The notes below the pieces were generated by a model. That model saw only the letters and a list, made by a program, of their open reading frames with translations. It did no database searches and was not told the DNA's origin. Positions 48,542 through 57,293 of a DNA stretch of 64,000 nt are shown in pieces. The DNA is taken from NCBI GenBank assembly GCA_002439095.1, contig DJOT01000021.1, positions 55,282 to 119,281 on the forward strand, read 5' to 3'. The stretch comes from Bacteroidales bacterium UBA6431. Lineage in GTDB: Bacteria; Bacteroidota; Bacteroidia; Bacteroidales; UBA932. Numbering within the stretch: position 1 is the stretch's first letter; the number at the start of each line of letters is the position of its first letter. Made by a program: the position numbers and the translations under genes.

Positions 48542-50877
48542 ACGAAAAGCCCTGCGACCAAATAGGAGAGCCAGGCACAGAAATAAGCTATAAGGCACTG
48601 GAACACAACCATCCCGAATGCCGTCTTCCCCCCAAGTTCACGGCGCACAGCAGCGATGGCGGCCACGCACGGAGTATAGAGCAGGCAGAAAGCAAGCATC
48701 GGCACGGCCGTAAGCGGAGTCAGCACCGAAGCGGCTCCAAGCACGGTGAGGGTCGAAACCACGCTCTCCTTGGCGAGGAAGCCGCAGATCAGAGCAGTGA
48801 CTATCCTCCAGTCACCCAGACCGATAGGCGCAAATAGAGGGGCTATCACCCCGGCGATGGAGGCAAGCATGCTGTCCTTGGCATCCGTCAAGTGCAGTCC
48901 GAAGTCAAATGACTGCAGGAACCAGATGACAATCGAAGCCACGAAAATCACCGTGAACGCCCTCTGCAGGAAATCCTTGGTCTTGTCCCAGAGCAGATGT
49001 CCCACATTCTTGGCCCCCGGCATGCGGTAATTCGGAAGTTCAAGGACAAACGGAGCAGGCTCGCCGGAATGCGGCAACATCTTGGCGCATAGCGCTACAA
49101 TCACACCGACCAGTATGGCAGAGAGGTAGAGTATCACCAGCACCAGCCCACCGTGTCCCGGGAAGAACGCACTGGTGAGGAACGCATAGATAGGTATCTT
49201 GGCAGAGCAGCTCATGAACGGGGTGAGCAAGACCGTCATTTTCCTGTCGCGCGCCGATGAAAGAGTACGGGTCGCCATGACAGCCGGCACAGAGCATCCA
49301 AAACCTATCAAAAGAGGCACGATGCTCCGGCCGCTGAGCCCTATCTTACGAAGAATCTTGTCACTGACAAACGCTACCCTGGCCATGTACCCGCTGTCCT
49401 CAAGCAAAGAGAGGAAGAAAAACAGGATGACGATGACAGGCACGAAACTCAACACCGTGCCGACACCCCCGAACACGCCGTCAACAACCAGTCCCCTCAC
49501 AGCCGGAGCCACATCAAGCCTCTGCATGCCGGCATCACAGGCGGCAGCTATCCAGTCGATGCCGTTCTGGAGCAGATCCTGAAGCGGCGCACCCAGTACA
49601 TCAACCGAGAGCCATATCACAAGCGAGATGACCACGAGGAATATCGGGATGGCTGTCCACTTGCCCGTGAGAACCTTGTCGATAGAGCGGCTCCTGCGGT
49701 ATTCCTTGCTCTCGTGCGGCTTCACCACAGTCTTGGAGCATAACCTTCGGATGAAAGAGAAGCGCATGTCAGCCATGGCCGCACAGCGGTCAAGTCCCCT
49801 CTCCCGCTCCATCTGCACTATGATGTGCTCTATCATCTCCTTCTCGTTTTCCGACAGCTCAAGGGCGGAGATTATCGCCTCATCGCCCTCTACTATCCTG
49901 CTTGCCGCGAAACGTATCGGTATGCCCGCTCGGTCCGCATGATCCTGAACAAGATGCATTATGCCGTGCAGACAGCGGTGCACCGCACCACCGTATTCCT
50001 TGGGGTCGCAGAAATCCTGACGGGCAGGCTTCTCCTGATACTTGGCCACATGCAGGGCATGGTCCACAAGTTCCTGGATGCCCTCACCCTTGGCTGCCGA
50101 GATCGGCACTACCGGAAGGCCCAGAATGGCCTCCATCTCATTGACATTGATCGAGCCTCCATTGCCCCGGACCTCATCCATCATATTGAGAGCCAGCACC
50201 ATCGGGACATCGAGTTCCATCATCTGCATGGTGAGATAGAGATTGCGCTCTATATTGCTGGCATCCACGATATTGATGATGCCCTCGGGTTTCTCGTCCA
50301 GTATGAACTGGCGGGAAACTATCTCCTCTGAAGAGTACGGGGACAGAGAATAGATGCCCGGAAGATCCGTGACCCTTGTCTGAGGATAACCCTTTATCAC
50401 TCCATCCTTGCGATCTACCGTCACTCCCGGAAAATTGCCGACATGCTGGTTGGAGCCGGTGAGCTGGTTGAAAAGGGTGGTCTTGCCGCAATTCTGGTTG
50501 CCTGCAAGGGCAAATTTGAGCACGGCATCTTTCGGTAGCGGTGTCTCATCGCCTGTATGGTATCTGCCGCCTTCTCCAAGGCCGGGATGCACTTCTTCCC
50601 CCACATAAAGCCAATTGTCATCCCGGTCTTCAGACTTGTCCACGGCCGGGCCGCCAACCTGCTCTATTTCAATGCGAGCGGCATCAGCCTTGCGCAGAGT
50701 AAGGGTATAACTGTCTATCAGAAGCTCCATCGGATCGCCGAGAGGGGCCAGTTTTGTCAAGGTCACCTCCTGACCCGGAATCACTCCCATATCAAGAAAA
50801 TGCTGCCGAAGCGCACCTTCACCGCCTACTGTCTTGATTATGGCGGTTCTGCCTATTTCAAGTTTATCAAGTGTCAT
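48538..50877 (-). CDS. feoB: Ferrous iron transporter B with fused N-terminal FeoA domain
   Basis: FeoA: LRQHFLDMGVIPG...APLGDP; FeoB: GNQNCGKT, VGNFPGVTV, DLPGIYSL, GFGCSVP, PFMSCSAK, LYTPC. Confidence 0.95.
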   Translation of the reverse strand: MTLDKLEIGRTAIIKTVGGEGALRQHFLDMGVIPGQEVTLTKLAPLGDPMELLIDSYTLTLRKADAARIEIEQVGGPAVDKSEDRDDNWLYVGEEVHPGLGEGGRYHTGDETPLPKDAVLKFALAGNQNCGKTTLFNQLTGSNQHVGNFPGVTVDRKDGVIKGYPQTRVTDLPGIYSLSPYSSEEIVSRQFILDEKPEGIINIVDASNIERNLYLTMQMMELDVPMVLALNMMDEVRGNGGSINVNEMEAILGLPVVPISAAKGEGIQELVDHALHVAKYQEKPARQDFCDPKEYGGAVHRCLHGIMHLVQDHADRAGIPIRFAASRIVEGDEAIISALELSENEKEMIEHIIVQMERERGLDRCAAMADMRFSFIRRLCSKTVVKPHESKEYRRSRSIDKVLTGKWTAIPIFLVVISLVIWLSVDVLGAPLQDLLQNGIDWIAAACDAGMQRLDVAPAVRGLVVDGVFGGVGTVLSFVPVIVILFFFLSLLEDSGYMARVAFVSDKILRKIGLSGRSIVPLLIGFGCSVPAVMATRTLSSARDRKMTVLLTPFMSCSAKIPIYAFLTSAFFPGHGGLVLVILYLSAILVGVIVALCAKMLPHSGEPAPFVLELPNYRMPGAKNVGHLLWDKTKDFLQRAFTVIFVASIVIWFLQSFDFGLHLTDAKDSMLASIAGVIAPLFAPIGLGDWRIVTALICGFLAKESVVSTLTVLGAASVLTPLTAVPMLAFCLLYTPCVAAIAAVRRELGGKTAFGMVVFQCLIAYFCAWLSYLVAGLFV

Positions 50878-51038
50878 CTGACATCCTTTTTTCCAAAATA
50901 CAAAAATGCTCAGGTCCAATCTCTTCTGCAATCCCCAAAAATGATGATTCAAGAGCTCATGGACCAAAATCCGATATTTTTTATCAAGAATATTTGCAAT
51001 TAAATAAAATCTGCATAACTTTGCAGTCCCAAAGTAAT

Positions 51039-51121
51039 GCGGACGTGGTGAAATGGTAGACACGCTACTTTGAGGGGGTAGTGGGCGTTGGCCTGTGTGA
51101 GTTCGAGTCTCACCGTCCGCA
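51039..51121 (+). tRNA. tRNA-Leu(GAG)
   Basis: GCGGACG/CGTCCGC acceptor stem, CTACT-TTGAGGG-GGTAG anticodon arm, GTTCGAGTC; promoter TTTG(50993)-N19-TAACTTTG(51016). Confidence 0.97.
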
Positions 51122-51158
51122 CAAAAGACAGTCTCTTATGAGGCTGTCTTTTGTGTTA
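51121..51158 (+). terminator. Terminator after tRNA-Leu(GAG)
   Basis: ACAAAAGACAGTCTC-TTAT-GAGGCTGTCTTTTGT. Confidence 0.8.
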
Positions 51159-51215
51159 TAACCCATCTGCATGCTCCGCCAGAACCAGTGCCGGCAAAGC
51201 ACGACCAACTCATGT

Positions 51216-51267
51216 TGTTATGAATTAATTGCTATATTTGCGAGTAAATCATATAAATCAAAACCAT
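51216..51267 (+). promoter_or_regulatory. Duplicated promoter/5'UTR, copy 1
   Basis: 51/52 identical to 52535-52586; contains TATATTTG -7 box. Confidence 0.85.
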
Positions 51268-52297
51268 GCGAGTCGTCTTTCTATTCATGGCGGTAATCTT
51301 TCTTTTCGGATGTACTCACGAAAATGATTATCTCTCATCGTTGAATCTTAAACAAGAGAGCATTACACCAAAGTCAACGATAGACCTCGCCACCTATGAT
51401 ATTCTCCAGCCGGTGGGTATCGCAAAAAGCGGGAACTGCCTTGCCGTTACGGACAATGGTGGCAGCAAACATTTGATTATCATAGATGAAAATACAGGTG
51501 AGCATCTTGAGCTTGTCTCAAAAGGCCGCGGCCCCGGGGAGATGGTGGGCGCAATGATGGCTCCGTATCTTGCTGGGGTCACATTATATGATCCGTCATC
51601 TTCAAAGACACTTGTTTATATCGACCTTCAGAAATCAATGCGGGAGGGCAAGGCTTGCGCGGATACCCTTGGCCGCTTCGTGGACAACTTTTCATTTCCG
51701 GCGAAAATCGTCAGTTCCCGTAACGGGATGATTGCTACCGTGGCCGGGCGTAAAGATGTCTGGTATGCTTCTCTCGGCAGAGAAGGGCAGGTCCTCTCGT
51801 TTGTGGGCCCTCCACAATATAAGGAGTTGGATGAAATGGATGAAAGCAGATATTTTTCGTTCCTTGTCTCCTCGCACATTACTGTCAGCCCGGACGGGGA
51901 CAAGGTGTGCTGCGCGACATCCCATGCCGCCGCGTTGTCCTTTGCGTCATTGGATGGTGGTGGCATACTCAGTGAATACCGCCGATATGAGTTCGACCCG
52001 CCCGAGATTGTCCGCGGAGACGGATATACTGCTTTCTCGAAGAGTGGCAAAAGCTGTTTCCGTTCTCCTGTGTCGGACAATGACGATGTCTATCTCTTGT
52101 ATTCCGGGAAGCCGTTCGACAATGCAGATTCTCCGAACTATGAATGTAACCATCTGATAATCTATGGCTGGGACGGCAGGCCGAAACGGCACATTGTGCT
52201 TGGAGAGAGCGTGATGTCGATAGCCGTTGACGGAAATATGCTGTATGGCCTCAGCAGTTGGCCCGACAGTCGGATCCTTGTCTATGACCTGTCTTGA
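51266..52297 (+). CDS. BF3164-like / TolB-like 6-bladed beta-propeller lipoprotein, copy 1
   Basis: Lipobox LFGC, KGRGPGE, VYLLYSGK, IYGWDGRP. Confidence 0.8.
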   Translation: MRVVFLFMAVIFLFGCTHENDYLSSLNLKQESITPKSTIDLATYDILQPVGIAKSGNCLAVTDNGGSKHLIIIDENTGEHLELVSKGRGPGEMVGAMMAPYLAGVTLYDPSSSKTLVYIDLQKSMREGKACADTLGRFVDNFSFPAKIVSSRNGMIATVAGRKDVWYASLGREGQVLSFVGPPQYKELDEMDESRYFSFLVSSHITVSPDGDKVCCATSHAAALSFASLDGGGILSEYRRYEFDPPEIVRGDGYTAFSKSGKSCFRSPVSDNDDVYLLYSGKPFDNADSPNYECNHLIIYGWDGRPKRHIVLGESVMSIAVDGNMLYGLSSWPDSRILVYDLS

Positions 52298-52342
52298 CCG
52301 ACTTGGTCTTTGACATCGTGAACAGTCCCCTAAACCATTCCA

Positions 52343-52462
52343 AGGTAGGGGAGAAAAGCACGAAAAACACCCCAACCTTTGGGTGGCACCACCCATAAAC
52401 GGTATTCAGTGGCATCCCTGCCCCGAAGGTTGGGGTAAAAAAGGACAGATATACCCCAACCT
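52343..52462. repeat. Double-palindrome interspersed repeat
   Basis: AGGTWGGGG-N18-CCCCAACCT units at 52343 and 52427; 52370-52435 is 49/66 identical to the reverse complement of 48201-48266. Confidence 0.8.
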
Positions 52463-52534
52463 CTCAAGCGGCGGGGTAGTGTGGATAGTTTGTGGTGTAA
52501 TGGAGCCACCTTCTTTTTCTTTGTGGATTTTTGA

Positions 52535-52586
52535 TGTTATGAATTAATTGCTATATTTGCGAGTAAACCATATAAATCAAAACCAT
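52535..52586 (+). promoter_or_regulatory. Duplicated promoter/5'UTR, copy 2
   Basis: 51/52 identical to 51216-51267. Confidence 0.85.
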
Positions 52587-52587
52587 T

Positions 52588-52820
52588 ATGAAAATCAAAA
52601 AATCACTATTGCTTTTGCGCTTCTTATGGGTGTTGTGGTAGCTGGTCTGTGCAGTATCCGAAACAGTAAAGAGTCTGAATTTTTCAATGAGAACCTTGAT
52701 GCGCTGATGGACACAGAAATCACAGTCGGCAATTTGTGCGCGTACCAGCCTCAGTCGTACTGCTATTATGATGATGCCTTTGGCTCGGTGACTATCAAAG
52801 ACGGGATTTTTGCTTGGTGA
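52588..52820 (+). pseudogene. NVEALA-like secreted peptide gene, frameshifted in an A6 run
   Basis: One extra A at 52597-52602 gives MKIKKITIAFALLMGVVVAGLCSIRNSKESEFFNENLDALMDTEITVGNLCAYQPQSYCYYDDAFGSVTIKDGIFAW; ENLDAL resembles NVEALA; TGATG coupling to the next gene. Confidence 0.72.
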
Positions 52821-53860
52821 TGCGGTGGCAGATTAATTTGACCCTTTCTTTGTTGCTTGTATGTGGCTGCGCTTCAACGGGACACGATGAGTATTTGTCT
52901 TCCATTAAAGTTAAGGAGGAGTTTTTAGAACCAACTGAGATTTTCGACATTTCCACATATGCAATATTTCAGCCTTGCGGATTTGTCAAGAGCGGTGACT
53001 TCTTCTGTGTTGCTGATCATGGCGGAAAAAATCACTTGACCGTAATAAACAGAAAAACAAGAGAATCACGTAATTTCATATCTAAAGGCCGCGGCCCCGG
53101 GGAGATGGTTAGTGTAGTGATGGCACCATATCTTGACGGTATAACATTGTATGACCCCTCGGCTTCGCGGACTTTGACCTATCTTGACGTTCAGATGTCG
53201 ATGCGAAATGGTAGAGCTCAGCTGGACACATTCTGCCGTTTTCGGGACAAAGTGGCGTTTCCTGTGGAAGTCGTTTGTTACGACAAGGGAATGGTTGCCT
53301 CTGTTGCTGGTAGAAAGGATTTATGGTATGCGTCTTTTGGTATATCTGGGGATCTGGTCTCTTGTGTAAAACCGCCTCAATATGACATATTAAAGGAGAT
53401 GGATGCTAGCCTTTATTTTTCGCTGCTGATAGCTTCACATTTTACGATCAATCCAGATGGAGGCAGGGTATGCTGTGTCTTGCCTGCGGCTGCTGCCATA
53501 TCATTTTCGTCAATTGATTCGCTCGGAGAACTCAAAGAATATCGCAGGTATGAGATGAATCCTCCAGAGATAGTGCAGGTCGGGAGCAGAACGGCGTTCT
53601 CCAAGAAAAGCAGATTCTGCTTTGCTCCTCCAGCCTCGGACATGGACAATGTTTACCTGCTGTATTCCGGGAAGCCTTTCGACAACGCGGACGCTCCGAA
53701 CTATGAGTGCAACCATCTGATAATCTATGGCTGGGACGGCACGCCGAAACGGCACATTGTGCTTGGAGAGAGCGTGATGTCGATAGCCGTTGACGGAAAT
53801 ATGCTGTATGGCCTCAGCAGCTGGCCCGACAGCCGGATCCTTGTCTATGACTTGCCCTGA
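52820..53860 (+). CDS. BF3164-like / TolB-like 6-bladed beta-propeller lipoprotein, copy 2
   Basis: Lipobox VCGC; collinear paralog of 51266-52297. Confidence 0.8.
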   Translation: MRWQINLTLSLLLVCGCASTGHDEYLSSIKVKEEFLEPTEIFDISTYAIFQPCGFVKSGDFFCVADHGGKNHLTVINRKTRESRNFISKGRGPGEMVSVVMAPYLDGITLYDPSASRTLTYLDVQMSMRNGRAQLDTFCRFRDKVAFPVEVVCYDKGMVASVAGRKDLWYASFGISGDLVSCVKPPQYDILKEMDASLYFSLLIASHFTINPDGGRVCCVLPAAAAISFSSIDSLGELKEYRRYEMNPPEIVQVGSRTAFSKKSRFCFAPPASDMDNVYLLYSGKPFDNADAPNYECNHLIIYGWDGTPKRHIVLGESVMSIAVDGNMLYGLSSWPDSRILVYDLP

Positions 53861-53945
53861 CCGGCCTGGTCCGTGCATCGTGAACGGTTCCGCAGAATAA
53901 GAAATTTTTTCTTTTTGCTGCGGGATTATTATATTTGTGTCGAGT

Positions 53946-54884
53946 ATGGATTCATTTTCCGTCAATATGAAAGCGTCAGAGCTCGTGGAGTCCAACCCGG
54001 GCCTGCTTATGGTTCTTTCCCGCCTCGGCATAGTCGGCAGTTTCGGGGAAAGGACCATCTCTGAAATCTGTGTCCAGCATGGCCTCGATGCCCGTACTGT
54101 CATCATGATATGCAGGGTGTATTCGTCTCCGGACTACGTCCCTTCTGCGGAGGATTTGCGCCGGTGCAGTGTCGCGGATGTGCTCCGGTACTTGCACTGC
54201 TCGCACGACTATTATCTCAAAAAAGCATTGGAGAGCATAGCCGCTTCCATTGAAACCATGATCGCCCCGTGCCAGAAGGACAGGCAGCAGGTGATATGGA
54301 ACTTCTTCCAGCAGTACAAGTCAGAGCTCAAGATTCACTTTGAGTATGAGGAAGGTGCGGTGATTCCTTATGTGCAGAACTTGATGCTCGGCCGGCATGA
54401 CCCCTCGTTCAGCATCGACCGCTTTGAGGAGAATCATTCCAATATCGACGAGAAACTCTCCGACCTCAAAAACCTGGTGATGAAGTCCCTTCCTCACGAG
54501 TGCGATGACGACAAGAGGATAGCGCTTCTTATCTATCTCTTCGCTCTTCAGAACGATTTGCGTTCCCATACATATATAGAGGATAACATTCTGGTTCCGC
54601 TGGCGCGTCTGCTTGAGAATCCGATGCTCTCACGTCCCGAGAAAGATCAGGAGCAGCAGTCCGAAGACGGGCAGGTCGAACTCTCGGAACGGGAGAAAGA
54701 GATTCTGGTGAGTGTGGCGAGCGGCCTTATCAACAAGGAGATAGCCGACAAACACAACATATCGGTCAATACAGTCATTTCCCATCGCAAGAACATCAGC
54801 CGCAAGACGGGCATCAAGACCGTGGCGGGCCTGACGGTCTATGCGATACTTAATAACCTTATAGATATAAAATCCATCGAATAA
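53946..54884 (+). CDS. Hemerythrin-like domain plus LuxR HTH transcriptional regulator
   Basis: YLHCSHDYY, HFEYEE, EENHSNI, HTYIEDNILVP; C-terminal LSEREKEIL...NKEIADKHNISVNTVISHRKNI. Confidence 0.88.
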   Translation: MDSFSVNMKASELVESNPGLLMVLSRLGIVGSFGERTISEICVQHGLDARTVIMICRVYSSPDYVPSAEDLRRCSVADVLRYLHCSHDYYLKKALESIAASIETMIAPCQKDRQQVIWNFFQQYKSELKIHFEYEEGAVIPYVQNLMLGRHDPSFSIDRFEENHSNIDEKLSDLKNLVMKSLPHECDDDKRIALLIYLFALQNDLRSHTYIEDNILVPLARLLENPMLSRPEKDQEQQSEDGQVELSEREKEILVSVASGLINKEIADKHNISVNTVISHRKNISRKTGIKTVAGLTVYAILNNLIDIKSIE

Positions 54885-55525
54885 TGCTTCAGCTGACAGT
54901 CCCGGGAGAAGCGGACAAGGTGCTTCTTCATTCATGTTGTGCACCATGCAGCGGTGCGATAATTGAGTGCATGCTCGCAAATGGCATCACTCCTGTTGTT
55001 TTTTTCAGCAATTCAAACATCTTCCCGCAAGATGAATATGAGCATCGCCGGGAAGAACTGCACAGGTACTGTGATTCCCTTGGTGTCGAGGCCGTAGATG
55101 ACGTATATGATCATGACGCTTGGCTGAAGGGTGTCGCCACAGGTCTCGAGAAGACTCCGGAGCGCGGGCCAAGGTGTGTCAAATGTTTCAGGTTCCGGCT
55201 TTTCCGGGCGGCAGCCTGGGCTTCCGCGCATGATATTCATGTGGTGACTTCATCGTTGGCGTCTTCCCGATGGAAGAATCTTGATCAGGTCAGTGCGGCC
55301 GGGGAATGGGCGTGCAGTCTGGTCAACAATGCCTTCCCTGATGCTGAGCCTATCGTGTGGTGGACCCAGAATTGGCGCAAGGGCGGATTGCAGATACGTC
55401 GCGGCGAGATAATCAAGGAGCAGGGTTTTTACAATCAGACGTTCTGCGGCTGTGAATTCTCAAGCCACTTTGAGGGCGCTTCCAAAAAGGCCGCTACCGC
55501 GCAGGCATCGGCCGACACGGAATAG
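54884..55525 (+). CDS. queH: Epoxyqueuosine reductase QueH (DUF208)
   Basis: LLHSCCAPCS, PERGPRCVKCF, YNQTFCGCEFS. Confidence 0.93.
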   Translation: MLQLTVPGEADKVLLHSCCAPCSGAIIECMLANGITPVVFFSNSNIFPQDEYEHRREELHRYCDSLGVEAVDDVYDHDAWLKGVATGLEKTPERGPRCVKCFRFRLFRAAAWASAHDIHVVTSSLASSRWKNLDQVSAAGEWACSLVNNAFPDAEPIVWWTQNWRKGGLQIRRGEIIKEQGFYNQTFCGCEFSSHFEGASKKAATAQASADTE

Positions 55526-55535
55526 CGGTTGATCC

Positions 55536-55692
55536 GGAATCTCAGCCAAAATGCAACAAATCCTCTGATTTTGGCTGAGATTCCTCGGAGTCTTATATGT
55601 AAGACTTTGATTTGAAGATAAGTAAAAGAAAAATGATAGATTGGGGAATCTCAGCCAAAATGCGATATTTTTATCTGTTTTGGCTGAGATTC
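55536..55692. repeat. Twin 47-bp spaced palindromes upstream of ATPase gene
   Basis: GAATCTCAGCCAAAA-N17-TTTTGGCTGAGATTC at 55537-55583 and 55646-55692. Confidence 0.9.
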
Positions 55693-55742
55693 TTTGAAAA
55701 TACCGTGCGCGGCGCTATATTTGTCCAATAAATGTAGGGCTC

Positions 55743-57197
55743 ATGAATACGGCAAACATTATCGGCAGGAAGCGGGAACTGGAAATAATCGACAGGCTTT
55801 ATCGCTCGGACAAGTCGGAGTTTCTCGCGATTTACGGACGTCGTCGCGTCGGCAAGTCATATCTTGTGGATGAGGCATTCCGGGATGAACTGGCTTTTTC
55901 CGTGGTCGGAACATTCAAAAAATGTGATGACGGAGAGGAACCGATGTACAAGAAAACGCAGCTAAGGCATTTTTACCGCAGTTTGTTGGACTACGGTCTG
56001 GATGACTCTTATAAGGAGCCGGATAACTGGCTTGACGCATTCGACCTTCTTAAAAAACTGCTCTCGCAGAGCGGGGACTCCAGAAAAGTCGTGTTCATAG
56101 ATGAACTTCCTTGGTTGGCCGGGCCGAAATCCTCTGAACTTGTTGAGGAACTCGGATATTTTTGGAACAGCTGGGCGGCACGGCAGAGAAACATCTTTCT
56201 GATAGTATGCGGGTCCGCGACAAGCTGGATGCTCGACAACATCATAAGGGATTATGGTGGGCTTCATGGGCGCCTGACGGAAAAGATGTATCTGTCACCA
56301 TTCAATCTTTTCGAGTCCAGACAGTATTATTCGAGCCGGGGCTTCCACATGTCCGATTATGAAATAGCCTTGAGCTATATGGCTATAGGCGGGATTCCAT
56401 ATTATATGGACCGCTTCCGTCCGGACAGGACATTGAGCCAGAATATCAATGAGTTCTATTTCCGCAATGCCTCGATTGACCATGAGTTCAGGGATGTCTT
56501 TACCGGACTGTTCCAGTCGGCTGACAGATACATAGATATCGTGCGCTCGCTTGGCGGAAGGTTCTACGGCATGACCAGAACCGAACTGCTCGAAGATACG
56601 AAACTCAAAGGCGGAGGGACATTTACCAGGATGCTGGACAATCTGCAGGAATGCGGGATTGTGCGTTCTTTCTCCCGCTACGGGAAGAAGCGCAAGGAGA
56701 CGGTCTATCAGCTGTGCGATTTCTTCACGTTGTTCTACCTGAATTTCGTGGGGCAGAACGGACAGCGCAAGGACTGGGTCTATTTCCAGAGGTCACATGA
56801 ATATGAGAACTGGAGCGGAAGGACATTTGAGCTGTTGTGTTCCCGTCACCTTGAACAGATACGTGAGGCCCTGAGGATAAAGTCTGTCGGGCGGGATTAC
56901 AGTTGGACAGGGCAGTGTCCGGCCGGACGGAATGTCCAGGTGGATATGGTGATACCGTCTCCGGATGAGCGTACAGACTATCTTTGCGAGATGAAGTTCT
57001 CAGAGAATCGTTATTACATAACCGAAGATTATGAGAAGAAGTTGCTGGACAAACTGGATGCGTTCCGTGCTTCCAAGAACCACAAGCCGTCACACTCGGT
57101 TCTTATGGTCATGGTCACGTCCATGGGACTTGGAGAATCCGGATACAGCAGGATAGTGAATGCAGAGGTGACCTTGTCGGATCTTTTCAAACCTTAA
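55743..57197 (+). CDS. AAA/archaeal-ATPase-family protein with C-terminal PD-(D/E)xK-like domain
   Basis: IIGRKREL, YGRRRVGKS, VFIDELPW, LIVCGSA, GGIPYY, QVDMV...YLCEMK; promoter TTTG(55693)-N19-TATATTTG(55716). Confidence 0.88.
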   Translation: MNTANIIGRKRELEIIDRLYRSDKSEFLAIYGRRRVGKSYLVDEAFRDELAFSVVGTFKKCDDGEEPMYKKTQLRHFYRSLLDYGLDDSYKEPDNWLDAFDLLKKLLSQSGDSRKVVFIDELPWLAGPKSSELVEELGYFWNSWAARQRNIFLIVCGSATSWMLDNIIRDYGGLHGRLTEKMYLSPFNLFESRQYYSSRGFHMSDYEIALSYMAIGGIPYYMDRFRPDRTLSQNINEFYFRNASIDHEFRDVFTGLFQSADRYIDIVRSLGGRFYGMTRTELLEDTKLKGGGTFTRMLDNLQECGIVRSFSRYGKKRKETVYQLCDFFTLFYLNFVGQNGQRKDWVYFQRSHEYENWSGRTFELLCSRHLEQIREALRIKSVGRDYSWTGQCPAGRNVQVDMVIPSPDERTDYLCEMKFSENRYYITEDYEKKLLDKLDAFRASKNHKPSHSVLMVMVTSMGLGESGYSRIVNAEVTLSDLFKP

Positions 57198-57293
57198 TAC
57201 CGCTTGGCCTCGCAAAAAAATCCGTAAACATTTGAAAAAGCAAATTTTTTAAATATCTTTGCAGTGTATTAGTATAATAGAACACAATAGGGA

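Noticed and set aside
48201..52435. Invertible segment (feoB-tRNA-lipoprotein) bounded by inverted repeat copies
   Set aside because: Copies are only 49/66 identical, no recombinase nearby and no sign of rearrangement
52590..52605. Programmed -1 ribosomal frameshift in the peptide gene
   Set aside because: In-frame heptamer C AAA AAA is not a canonical X XXY YYZ and no stimulatory structure is evident; indel or slippage is simpler
52148..53820. DGR template/variable repeat pair
   Set aside because: No reverse transcriptase; both copies are in-frame ends of paralogous genes and differences are not adenine-specific
55536..55692. CRISPR mini-array (also considered for 24362/24460 and 52343-52462)
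   Set aside because: Only two units each, palindromic arms enclose the variable part, spacing is not CRISPR-like, no cas genes
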